DNA from: Ruditapes philippinarum
Taxonomy: Eukaryota
Reading direction: 5' to 3'
NCBI RefSeq assembly: GCF_026571515.1
Contig: NW_026865682.1
Span: 124,001 to 188,000 of the forward strand
Length of the DNA stretch: 64,000 nt
Within the stretch, counting starts at the first letter, position 1. Each line of letters begins with the position of its first letter. Below are positions 1 to 11,103 of the stretch, one piece after another. The position numbers were made by a program, and so were the translations under genes. The notes under the pieces were generated by a model. It did no database searches, was not told the DNA's origin, and worked only from the letters and a program-made list of their open reading frames with translations.

Positions 1-199
1 ACGAAGGCCTTTGTTTGTTGACAATTTTTTCAGTATAACTTGGATTGAAAATAATATTTTTAGCTGGATTTTTGCTATTAGATGAAAGTCTAGTTGCATA
101 TTGAAGTGATAGCTTTTTTCGACGTAGATGAAGTGATGGTTCCCCAGCTTCCGAATATAGACTTTCTACAGGTGAGGTGCGAAAAGCACATAAAGCTAA

Positions 200-807
200 T
201 CGTAAACCCTGGTGATGTATGGTATCTAGCATTTTGAGTTATGATTTTCTTGCAGACCTATATACTACAGAACCATAATCTAATTTTGATCGGATAAGAC
301 TTCTGTATAATTTCAATAGTGTGGAAGAATTTGATACCTCAATTTGTACTTGATAAAACTTTAAGTAAATTTAAAGCTTTTAGACATTTCGTTGAACCGT
401 TGTATATAATGTGGACTTCAAATCGAAAAGATATGAATCGAAAACACTAGATCCCCAACCATTTCGTTCCACTCTTACCAACAGAAGCTGACGAACTTCA
501 TAAAGAGAACAAACAAAAACACGATCCTGGAGAGGAGGAAGAGCCGGGTGTTACAGTGTACGTTTATAAGAATGCGAAAGGAATTTACGAACTTCGTTTA
601 GAGGACAGGCTTATTGGGACGATAGATAAAAAATCCGAGACCGAGAAAGATGAAGGTATCGAGAGAAAGACATGTTTCACAGAAGAAACAGACAGGTCAG
701 CCAGAAACCACGCAGCAACTAAATTGAAAGACGACGGTACTGATACTTCTCCTGACAGTATCACGCAAAGTACAGGACAAGCAGACGGTGCTCAAACTCC
801 TGATTAG
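200..807 (+). pseudogene. Decayed vertnin-like / OTU-type protease domain C-terminal part plus acidic tail, probably transposon-borne
   Basis: Frame 1 from 391 reads VEPLYIMWTSNRKDMNRKH*IPNHFVPLLPTE (TAG at 448 where W is expected). This matches the IMWT...W-x-PNHFVPL motif of vertnin-like OTU-fold proteins. The same frame continues into track ORF 556-807. The upstream part has stops and frameshifts. Confidence 0.6.
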
Positions 808-1080
808 ATTTTATAGGTAGATTATGACATTGAGCAACGTTTTGACAAGGCATCAGAGACAAGACACTTATCTTCAACCGCCGATGACAAAACAAAGATA
901 GAAACCGCAAACACAAAATTAATAACGTCGACGTCACAGTTCTAACATCGACACCTAGAAACATCCGTCTTAGAACAGAAGAGACCGTCATAGAGTAATT
1001 TAAAACTAGATCACCTAAAGGACTTAACCCGATGCATAATTGAAATCGAAATAACAGATAAGAAAAATTATTCATAGCAA

Positions 1081-1660
1081 ATACCGGCACCTGCAGACTT
1101 CTTCAAAGTTACATCGAATAATTAACAACAATGCTTAAAATGCAAATAATTCATCAAGGGCTCTAAATTTAACTTAAACAGACACTACAAAATACACAAG
1201 AAAATGATTACGATGTTTATATGTTTCTACTGCGATCGAGAATATACAAGTAGGGGCAACCTGAAAACGCATTGCCGTAAAATACACGGTATGGAAATGA
1301 GAAGATACAAAACCAAAACAGAGAACAGAATAACGATCAAAGACGAAATGAACCCGTAAAACCATGGAAACAAGCTTTTGAATGTACTCTAGTCAAGAAA
1401 TCAACAACCATACATACATTTAGAATTGTTCAAGAACAAAAACAATGGCTAGCCAAAAGGTTAACATCGGAATTCAATTGTACGCAAATGATAAATGAAA
1501 TGACAGTCACCATTACCTCTGTCTCCATTTCGATCCAACCGACACAAGACATCTCAGACAGTACTAGCTATGTAAGAGTATGCCAAGATGAAAACGATGA
1601 TTTTGTCTACACAAAATACCGGGACATAAAGATCCACTCGATCTATGGTATTTTTAAATA
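1081..1660 (+). pseudogene. Decayed two-finger C2H2 zinc-finger ORF
   Basis: Frame 1, 1132-1287: CLKCK*FIKGSKFNLNRHYKIH then CFYCDREYTSRGNLKTHCRKIH (C-x2-C...H-x3/4-H). After a frameshift near 1360 it continues KPWKQAFE...TFRIVQ...IHSIYGIFK* to ~1660. In-frame stops at 1123 and 1147. Confidence 0.75.
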
Positions 1661-1832
1661 ACTAAAAATGACTCCACCATAACTTTAACATTTATTATTA
1701 TTTTATAAATACACATTCAAAACTATTTACAGGGAAAAGAACCATCTGAACAATAATTTCTAAAAATAGATTTTCACGTGACACAAAGAACCGTCAAAAC
1801 TATACCTTAGTAGCATTTTCTGATATATCTGT

Positions 1833-1869
1833 ACCCTGATGAAGGCTATTGAATAGCCGAAACGTAGGT
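1833..1869 (+). ncRNA. Minimal type I hammerhead ribozyme (Penelope-like-element pLTR type)
   Basis: ACC(1833-35) CTGATGA(1836-42) A GGCTA-TTGAA-TAGCC (stem II, 1844-58) GAAA(1859-62) CG TA, then GGT(1867-69). The core CUGANGA...GAAA...UH is intact, ACC/GGT forms the short stem I, and stem III is the palindromic ACGT. AATAAA follows at ~1874. This is the known layout of PLE minimal hammerheads. Confidence 0.8.
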
Positions 1870-2212
1870 CTTTAATAAAATTACAGTAACCTGACCCACT
1901 TTGTTTCGTGTGTTTCTCTTCCCTTATTCATTTTATTAAGTTATTTTTTAGTAAAACGAAACCGCGTCAGAACGACTGGAATTTTGAAGACGACTTCAGT
2001 TTTCTTTTCTTTAATAGGTTTGCTCCATTAAAATAGTTATGAATATTTATAATCGGTTTTCAACATAATCATGCATGCTTTTTCTTGCTAATCCATTGCA
2101 AACTTCAAAGTACGATTGATTGAAATAAAAAGAAATCTATTTCATTAGTAAGAGTCACCCTTAAAGTATAATAAAAGATATTCAAAATAAAAGAAAAATT
2201 CAAAAATCTTGT

Positions 2213-2258
2213 TTATTCTTAATCACGGAAAGAAATTATTCTTAATCACGGAAAGAAA
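2213..2258. repeat. 23-bp tandem duplication
   Basis: TTATTCTTAATCACGGAAAGAAA x2. Confidence 0.9.
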
Positions 2259-3479
2259 TCGAAGAGTTTAGAAACAAAATATGATATTTTACGAGAAATC
2301 GAAAACTAGAACTGGAAAAGCAAAGGAATATCAAATTCCAAAAAGCCGCGTCCTGTGAACGTTGCCTTTGCCTTGTTGATTTTTGTTCTTTTTTTTGTGT
2401 CTAAAACGAAATCACAAATGACGAATTTTTCTTAATCAAATGTTCTTCAAAATGGAAGACGATGATAAACAATAAGTTCGCTATATGTAAATCTGTTCGA
2501 TATAAAATTTCCTGATACTAGAAACTTATTCGCTATATGCTTACAAAGAACTCCGGATAAAAGAAACATATTTTGAATGCCACAATTAGTTGTTATAAGC
2601 GGAGATTACAGTACTACTTTTTTAAATTCTATTAATTATTTTATAAAAAAATTATTTCTAACAAAAATTAACAATTTGTTTTTCAGTTACGGGCAACGAA
2701 ATTTTGAGATTTCGTCTAAAGCCTATCGGTTTGACTGCATGGCTAAAATCTCGGGAAATCCGAATCATAATAAAGGCGAAACATATACGATGGTAATCAG
2801 AACTACATGTAAGACGTAAGTAGATCTGAACTCTAATCAGATTGGCGGTATCTTGCATCAATCAGTCGAAACAAAGAAACTTAAGATGGAAGTTTCACAA
2901 GATAATACTTAAGAACTAAATTTATCAACTGGAAGTATGTTACTTGTACTTTAAAAAGCAAGAACGATAACCGTCCATATTTCTTTCAAATATTTGATAG
3001 AAAAGTATTATAAACATACTAAGGCCTTATATATTTTTTAGGGGAACCTGCTTTCCAGGAATAGGTCAGGTAGGTCGGTTTCTTATTTATTCAAAATTTG
3101 ATCATTAAATGCCGAGAAATGTTCATGCCCTGTTTTTTTTACAGATGTGGTGAACGGGGTACGTAATCAAAGTGCTAAAAGCACTGGATGCGCCGGTCAA
3201 GGAAAGAGAATTGCATAAATGTTGTTGAAAAAGAACCAAACATCAGTCATGTTGCATCAAGAAATTTATAAATTCACGAAGGGCAGTAAAATTCTATGCC
3301 AGAATTTTGTTATATTTTCGATCCTTGAAGATCGTTCAGCACGACATTATTGTTGTGTATACATATCATGTTGTATTTTCAGTCTCTTGTCTTTTTAACT
3401 TGGGTGGTTCTAGTATCAGTTTTAGTTTCGCCAATTGTTTTCTCGTTTAGGGCACACACATTCTTTTACTTGGGGACCA

Positions 3480-4680
3480 TGTGCCGCTTTTCATGGAATG
3501 GCACTAATGTGTCACATTGAATGTTCCATGATGACCGCCGTATGAACATATCTGCGGAGTTTTCTAAATTTCGCCATTTTTGTGTTTAAATGTTAAATTC
3601 CGCTTAAGCCGGTGCTAGGGGTGGGGGCCTGAACGGTACTGCATTTTCAAGTACCGTCCATGAACAGGCTCAATCAAACCGAGTCTGCAACATTTTCAAT
3701 TTTGTCGTGTTGTGTTTTCTTTGGGGATTCTAATTTTCTTTATTTTATTAAAGCTGACACATAAGAGGGACACTACTACATTTGTTTGTACTATGCAAAC
3801 AGTTTAAAGTTCAAAGCTTAAGTGTATTCACCTGTGTTTTCCCAGGGAGAACAGACAATGAAGCAGCTGAATAATGCAGCCTTTAACAAACTTAGGCATT
3901 TGTTCAGAAATGCACACTTTATAGCAAAGACAGACCGTACACAGATTAGGTCAATATCTGTCAATTCGATAGAGCCAAAGGACTCACACTACAGATAAGT
4001 ACTGTGAAAAATTTGTGCAAGTGTTAATGCAAGTTTTTCTCTATTTTAAAATAGAAAAATACGGAATCCCTAAAGAAAGCCCAACACGACAAAATTGAAA
4101 ATGTTGCAGGCTCGGTTTGATTGAGCCTGTTCATGGACGGTACTGGAAAGTGCAAGTTACCGTCCACGCCCCCTAGCACCGGCTTAAGCAGAATTCAAAC
4201 ACGAAAATTGGTGAAATTTTAAAGTTGCTTAATTTCTAGGTTAAACGCGTATGTTTAAATACTGTACTTGCCGCTCTTTCAAAAGTCCACAACTGGAATT
4301 TTCTCTAATTATCGCACGTCATATTTTGTAATTGTTCAGGAATTATGTGCGCCATTGAAAGTTTCATGATCACCGTCGGATGACCACATCTGTGGATGTT
4401 TCTTAATTAAAAAATTCACCATTACGTGTTATAATGTTGAATACGGATTAAGCCGGTTCTAGGGGGCGTGACAGTAGCTTGCACTTACATTACAATCCAA
4501 GAACAGGCTGAATTAAACCGACCCTGCAATATTTCCAATTTTGCCGATTAGGACCTTTTTCAGAATTCTATTTCTTCTCTATATCATAACTAAAATAGAG
4601 AATACAGAATCCCTAAAGAACGCCCAACACGACAAAAGTGAAAATGTTGCAGGCTTGGTTTAATTGAGCCTGTTCATGGA
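3480..4680. repeat. Foldback-like cluster of a dispersed ~140-250 bp repeat in alternating orientation
   Basis: TTAAGCCGGTGCTAGGGG...CAGGCTCAATCAAACCGAG...CAACATTTTCAATTTTGTCGTGTT at ~3605-3740 (+), reverse complement at ~4048-4190, again (+) at ~4445-4585 and (-) at ~4590-4680. Confidence 0.85.
3846..4025 (+). pseudogene. hAT-superfamily (ZNF862-like) transposase fragment
   Basis: Translates GEQTMKQLNNAAFNKLRHLFRNAHFIAKTDR / TD*VNICQFDRAKGL. This resembles the LFRNAH..AK..RP..D....C..D..KG segment of ZNF862-like hAT transposases. Contains a frameshift and a stop. Confidence 0.65.
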
Positions 4681-4684
4681 AAGT

Positions 4685-5470
4685 CATGCATATCAAACTC
4701 ACATTGACCTTGACTCATATATTGTCTTGGCTTTTAAGGTTAAAATATTGAATTTCAAATTATTTTGTCAAAAATTAATTATAACAAGTTGGTAATTGAA
4801 AAATAATTCATCTTCATTCTTGGACAAAACAACCTTCGGACAAAACATTCTAAAAAGGTTGAAACTGATAGTGACCTTGACTGTCAAGGTCAATTATTTG
4901 AATTGTATGTTTTAATTGCCATAATTTTGTTCTTTATATACATGACTTGCTACTAAACAAACATATTGAATACTTTAAATGTGACCTTTAATTGACCTTG
5001 ACCGGTAAGGTCAAATTAATGAAATTCTCTTGTTGCCTTTTTGTAACTGGGTATAACTTTGTTCTTTATAAATGGATAAACTTCATATTTAGAAATAACA
5101 ATTTTAGGTCAGGACCTTCATGTATATAAATCTCAAACTGACATTGACTCATGCATGACCTTGACCTTTAAAGTCATATTGAATTTTCACTAATAATTGC
5201 TATAATTGGCCGTAATATGGTTATTAATCAATGGATTATCTTCATTCTTGGACAGAACAAACGGACGGACAAGAAATTGTAAAAGGTTGAACTGACATTG
5301 ACCTTTATATGAAATTAATAATGAAGGGCAATTAAAAAATTTAGGTTAGTTGCCATAATTTTGTTATTTATTCGAGGATATAACTCATCTGTGGACAAAA
5401 CAACACTTGTGACCAAACAGATATGTTACATTATTAAGATATTACGTTAACCTTAAATGGCATTGTCACA
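4685..5470. repeat. Degenerate repeats with recurring TGACCTTGA motif (old HINE/pearl-type internal array)
   Basis: TGACCTT(G/T)A recurs at ~4706, 4872, 4993, 5156 and 5299, with similar flanks (ATCTTCATTCTTGGACA.AACAA at ~4811 and ~5238). Confidence 0.55.
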
Positions 5471-7699
5471 AAATCAATTATATTTTATCTATTTTTAAAT
5501 ATAATCTCTTATAAACCTTTTTCTAGGGATAGACAGTTATAATACTGACCAGTCTAAATAGTTTTCTTCATACCTGAGTGATCACTTACCTGTATTAGTT
5601 AGCTGGCCAATGTGTTTAAAAAGTACTGTATCTTTAGTTCATATAGGTAACACTCAGTCAGTTTTTTTTTTCAGTTTTATGAAGAATAATGATGTTAGAG
5701 CTTAGCAGAATTCATTATTTAAATTTAATGATAATGGTGTTCATTTCATAAAGCCATTTAAATGACAAGCTTTATTGAACAGTGCCTGTTTACCTAGATA
5801 TCAGGGTCATGGTGTTGAAGGACATATCAATGTCAAGAGCGTGCGTGGTGCTATGGTTGTATTAACGTTGAATATCATGCAGTATTTTGTATTATGCAGA
5901 GAGTTGGTCAACATCAATTTAACATCTACGCAGAATCCTTAACTTTTATTTTGCTGTTCGACATTGTCCATCGTTGGTAGGAGGTGACATTTCGTAGTTA
6001 TATATTTACCTTTATAGGTCGGAGGTAACATTTTTTATTATGACCTTACATGGTCGGTGTGAATGACTTTCAAAATTAGTGTGAATATTGACCTTTTTAA
6101 GGTCGGAGCAGTTGATAACTTCGTGTGGCATTTTACAAAGTGTTTTAGACGGCAAAATAAACTGTTAAGTGGAAAGAACGATAGAGGCAATATATGTGTT
6201 TTGATCTATTTTTCTAAGAATATTCTATAGTGACAATACTTCAAATTTCTTTTAACTCTTTAGTAAACTTAAAATTTCATAACTATCAAACAAGTATTTT
6301 TCTATTTGATAAAATTATATAATTTTAGTAAATGTATTGAATTTTGTTGTATAAATTAATGTGTATATACATGTAAAAGGTATTTTGTGTAAAATAGTTA
6401 TTTTGATGATAGATCTTCCCATTCTGGCCATCTCTGACTTGTGACAGGCATTGACATCAAGGTCAGATGATTGAATTTGGCTTTGTTTCCAGAATTTTAT
6501 ATTGCCTTTACTTTGTCATTTACTTATGAAAATGTTTAAATATTTATTTAGACAAAAATTAGACGTACAAATAATTATAAAAAAACAAGGGAACAATTGT
6601 TTTCTTTAACTTTCTTCTTAAAGATTTATTTAAACCGTTTATTTGTTTGTTATTATAGCAAGTTAACAAAGAAAAGGTCTTGACAAGCGACGCCTCGCCT
6701 TGCGATGGTTTTTGTTAGGCCAAATTATTAGCAACGTGTCAGTGTCGCTGTTAAGCCTAAACAAACAAACAAATAAACTTCAAATGAACTGTTTAAAATC
6801 AAAACAGACCTAATTTAGCGCGTTAAGTCTTTTTGATAACGTTAGAGAGGACAGAGTCATTAAGTGGTTACAATGTTTGCCTAGCAATGAAGCTTAAGTC
6901 AATTTATATTGTTTCTTTAGAATCTTAAATAATTGTTTTCGCTTTAATTAATATATAAACTGAAAGAGTTTTTTTTTGTCAGTTTTTGTGATTTTGTTTT
7001 AGTGATTCCCCTTAACCCTTTCCGTTGGAATATTTTCTAATTTAGTGCATTTTGTTCTTTTTTTAAAAAATGTCAGCCGTTGTGTAAATGGAAGTGGTTT
7101 CATTTAAACACAATGTGTTCTAGATAAGTTTTAAAATTTGATTTTAGGGTTTTAATATTAAAAAAATACCCTCCCCCACCCCCATCATTTTTACATTGAG
7201 TTTAAAATTCTGCTATTTTATTCAACATACTTTTTAACTGTGTTGGTTTAATTCATGGGGAGGGGGGGGGATTCCCCAAAATTAAAGGGGGAAAAAAAAA
7301 GAACTTCAAATAGCTAAAAAAAATTTTGTATTTTTACTTTGCATAGTTTTTTATTTTTCTCAAAAAGAACCATTGGCCTTTAAAAAATAAAAATATTTTT
7401 TGGCCCCATAAAAAAAAAAATTTTGGCCAATTTATCTTCGCAGTTGATCCAAACCCTTAACGGCTTTGTTAGCAAGGGTGGGGCCCAACGGGGAAACCCA
7501 ATGTTTTTTGTATTAATTTTTTTTCAATTTTGGAATAACCTGGTTTTGACAATGTCACATATAGAAATTGGTTTTTTAAAATTTTTTTATAGCGTTATCA
7601 ATGTATAGTATAGTTGATAATAATCTTTTACAGATGCGTTGATTATATATTGAAATGACTATTGAATACTACAAACCGTTTATAAGTAATTATCTCACC

Positions 7700-7802
7700 G
7701 ATTCAGTAGAAAAGGCATTTATTAGTTATTTTTCAGTATACCTTAGTGGCATTTTATGAAGCTCTAGTGGGTGAGGTGAAACTCATCTTCGGAAAGGTAG
7801 GA
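7700..7802 (+). promoter_or_regulatory. Putative core promoter / non-coding first exon of receptor 1, splice donor after 7796
   Basis: CTCATCTTCGGAAAG|GTAGGA is identical in both paralogs (GT at 7797 and 19871) while the flanks diverge. Inr-like TCAGT at ~7733. Confidence 0.5.
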
Positions 7803-8639
7803 ATTTCTTACTTTTTGTTTGTGTTTTTCGGTTAATTTAATGTTTCTTTTATGAGCATTTCCAATTCTCTGAATTATGTTTCATGCCAGTTTGCTTGACT
7901 GTGATTTTTGTAAACAAATATATGAAAAGTTGGACTGACATAGTGGTCATTTTCCTGAAAATATTAAAAAATTTAACAAGTATTTGAACTTGTTAAGATG
8001 GTGCGTTATTATGCGTTTTTCTCTGAAGTATTATCCATCCTATATCCGTTTTGTCATATAGCTTATTATATAAAAATAAATAACTCGGAATTTTTATCTT
8101 AGACAACGTCTTATTTACATTCATCTTTTAACATAAGCAGCAATTCAATCTATTAACAAAGTCTTGCCACTGACTAGACAATATTGCATTATCTAGATGC
8201 CATTCATGTCCGGCCAAAAATCATAACTGTTCAAATAATGATTTTATGCTTTGTTACCATACTCGATGAAATATATTATTCGCCGTTACCTCGGTTGGAC
8301 TTGAATGTACAATGTTGGATTAACCATTCGATCATTTCTTTTTTGCATTGTAAACCCATTTCTTTGTTAGAAGAAATTAATTTTGATTACGATTTTATAT
8401 AGTGTTTTTTTTTGTAAACCACTTTCTATCAAAATAAATAAAAACAAGAAAGAATCTGGTTGACAAGGTAGCACTGTCTTGTTCCCATATATTTGTCTTT
8501 GATAGTGCTATTTTTTAGCCTTTTTGGGTTATTTTCACAATCAAAACTTTTTGAACAAGAAATTAGGTGTTTCGTTTTGTGCCATAGCTTCTTCACATTG
8601 GCGACATCCTAATATAAACCTTAAATGCCAAAGAAGCGA

Positions 8640-9320
8640 ATGATACCCCCAAAACGACAAAATGGTACGTCATTGAAGAGACGAGTATAGGCAATGTCAC
8701 TCTGTCGATTCGACTTTACATCTTTGGCGCACTATCATGTCACTTTAACATATTGCCTCATCATGTCGATGCATAATCATATCGTACTTTGGATATTGTC
8801 TCTTTGTTTTTACCAATCGTCTCGTCAATGCAAATTATTTCTTTGTTTCGACACATTGTATTTTTTGCTTTGGAACATCGTTTTGCTTCGTCGTCTCATC
8901 GTTTGATTGATTTGTTATTGTGTTATAATGTTTTTGTACCATACGGTTTGTCGATACGGTGAAGCGACCGGATAATACGCCGAAGAGACAAGATAGTGTG
9001 CCGAAGAGAAGACAACAGCACGATGACACCTTGCGTCAATGATATGATAATGTTGTGACTCAACGGGTCCAAACGATGTAATGTTACACTGAAACGACGA
9101 GATGACAAGACGATGCAATAGAACGGCAAGACGATGCATCGGCAAAATATTTATTTGTTTATTTTGGTATTATCCCTTCAGGGCATTGTGTCATCGTAAC
9201 GTCTCTTATGTTCGGTCAATTGCTTAACCATTTAGGCTAATCGCTTCTTCCAGATTGAGTTTTAAGTTTCCCTTATGTCGCCGAAGCAAAAAAGATACGA
9301 TGGCCTAAACTGAAAACAAT
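8640..9320. mobile_element. CpG-rich foldback-like insertion in the receptor 1 upstream region/intron
   Basis: Absent from the paralogous region of gene 2. The left half is rich in TCGTC/TGTCG and the right half in GACGA/CGATG (imperfect inverted low-complexity arms). Confidence 0.5.
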
Positions 9321-10122
9321 AAAGAAGAATTCACGAATTTCATATGTTTTAGTTTTGATATCAAAAGTACAACAATAGGAAGAAATACAACAATAGGAAG
9401 AAATACAGAGTTAAAAAGCGCTTTTTTTGGTAATTTGACAATATTATGAGAAACTTTAAAAAAAAATTATTTAACTACATTAGTAATGCGGACAGCTACT
9501 AAACATTATATTCATTTACAAAAATGATACTATTGGTATATACCTACAATTCTAAGATGTCAAAAATTCAACTTACTACATGGTTATCATATATTATAAT
9601 TTATTTAGTCTTTATATTATTGGACCGCATCTTTACTTTTTTGTTTATGAACTTTTTAGGTATTATGTGAACGGACAAGAACGGACTCTAATGTCATTGG
9701 CGAGATAGTTAGCAAATTTACCTTCGGCGTTTGCAGTCTGAATTCAATACATCAACATCGTTTATGAAGACAATTTACGTCTTTGAATGTAGCTATAATA
9801 TGGATTTGACTGGAAATAAGTTATTCATTCGTGATATAAGCTGTATGGCACATCGGAAAATTGGAAAATTCATAGCATTCTAACGTTTGCAAATTGTGTA
9901 CTTTTCTTTTGTACATTTCGTTATAGATGACATGATAATTTAAGTTGAGTATTTTCTATTAGCTGTGTAGCTTTAAACTTTACAAACGGACATTAAAGAA
10001 CCAAAGGTAATGATTGGGTTATTATTTTTAACCAAATAGCAGGAAAACACTGTTATGAAATGCTTTCATTTTTTAAAAATACCGTCTGATTATTGTACAA
10101 GATTTGTTTAAAAAAACTACTG

Positions 10123-11103
10123 ATGATGAGTAACAACAGTACTGTATCTGATGTCATGTTGAATAATACTATTTTAAATGATATAAATTTAAACGATGAC
10201 TCATTAATAATACGACTGAGTGTTATTAGCTGTTCAGCACTTTACTTGGTGTTTGTTTGCATTGTTATCTTTGCAATGCTGAAAACCAAACGCATTCCTA
10301 ATATAGCAAGATTTCTTTCAATAGTGTTGTTGCAATCCTATGCCGCTATATCATTTATAAATATAGCTAGGCGAATAATCAACTATGAAAATCAAGTGTT
10401 TGTTAGTGTAACAGTATATGGAGTAGGACTCCGAATGGTTAGTTACATAGTTATTGCGATGCTATTATTTGATAGGGCTGTTGTCATTCAGTCCCCATTC
10501 TTCTACAGTCGTCATTGCCAAAGGTCAGTAAGAATCAAGTTTATTGCTATCGGCATGTGTTGTATGGTGTTCGTGGGATTTGTATCAGGAATGACTTGGA
10601 GCTGCAACCTTACTTCATCAATTAGCGTTTACAGAAAGCTCACATGCTTCAAAACTTTATCCCCTCCATTTATTGGCCCTATACTTGGTGCAACAATTCC
10701 TATCACATGTATTTGCTTATCAACTATTTGGAGGGTTGTTTTTCGACAGTCAAGAACTCTTAAAACTAAAAGTATCGTCAAGATATTCAAAACAACATTT
10801 GCAATATCACTAAATGGTGTAAGTTTCCTCATTTACGTGGTGCTGTACGTCATTTCAGTGGCTACAGTTGATTCAATTCAGATAGTGTTGTTTATATTTG
10901 AAGTGCTTTTTACCATTGCCGCTTTAACAGATACTTTCATTTTTGCACTTTGTTTTAAGGAATGTCGCTTAGAACTGTTAAAGATAGTGTCGATGTGTTT
11001 TCCGACGCTTAATCAAAGAACTGAGAACCTTAGATATAACGTTTTCAACATTCAAATTTCGGAAAATAAGGTTCGAAAGCAAAAAATCAAGTCATTTACG
11101 TGA
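10123..11103 (+). CDS. Orphan seven-transmembrane receptor (divergent rhodopsin-like GPCR), 326 aa, single coding exon
   Basis: N-terminal N-glycosylation sequons (NNS, NST, NNT), seven hydrophobic segments, DRA at the DRY position followed by xxIQSPFFY, two Cys in ECL2, DTFIF at the NPxxY position, helix-8-like FKECRLELLK. Start set at ATG 10123 because the paralog starts at the same MMSNNS and has the same length. Confidence 0.88.
   Translation: MMSNNSTVSDVMLNNTILNDINLNDDSLIIRLSVISCSALYLVFVCIVIFAMLKTKRIPNIARFLSIVLLQSYAAISFINIARRIINYENQVFVSVTVYGVGLRMVSYIVIAMLLFDRAVVIQSPFFYSRHCQRSVRIKFIAIGMCCMVFVGFVSGMTWSCNLTSSISVYRKLTCFKTLSPPFIGPILGATIPITCICLSTIWRVVFRQSRTLKTKSIVKIFKTTFAISLNGVSFLIYVVLYVISVATVDSIQIVLFIFEVLFTIAALTDTFIFALCFKECRLELLKIVSMCFPTLNQRTENLRYNVFNIQISENKVRKQKIKSFT

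Larger units (their letters stand above)
1..1935 (+). mobile_element. Remnant of a Penelope-like retroelement or related hammerhead-bearing element with accessory ORFs; 5' part outside the window
   Basis: The hammerhead and polyA signal lie at the 3' end of two co-oriented decayed ORFs. No RT or GIY-YIG is visible inside the window. Confidence 0.5.

Noticed and set aside
3039-3310. Possible DNA-transposon end (TAGGGGAACCTGCTTTCC...) and exon-like decayed coding piece
   Set aside because: Looks element-derived, but no partner terminus, TSD or family could be established by eye.
8694-9145. Several overlapping ORFs on both strands
   Set aside because: By-product of a low-complexity CpG-rich insertion absent from the paralogous locus.
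10093-10122. TTG-initiated N-terminal extension of receptor 1 from the ORF track
   Set aside because: Eukaryotic context; the paralog begins at the equivalent ATG and the extension is not conserved.
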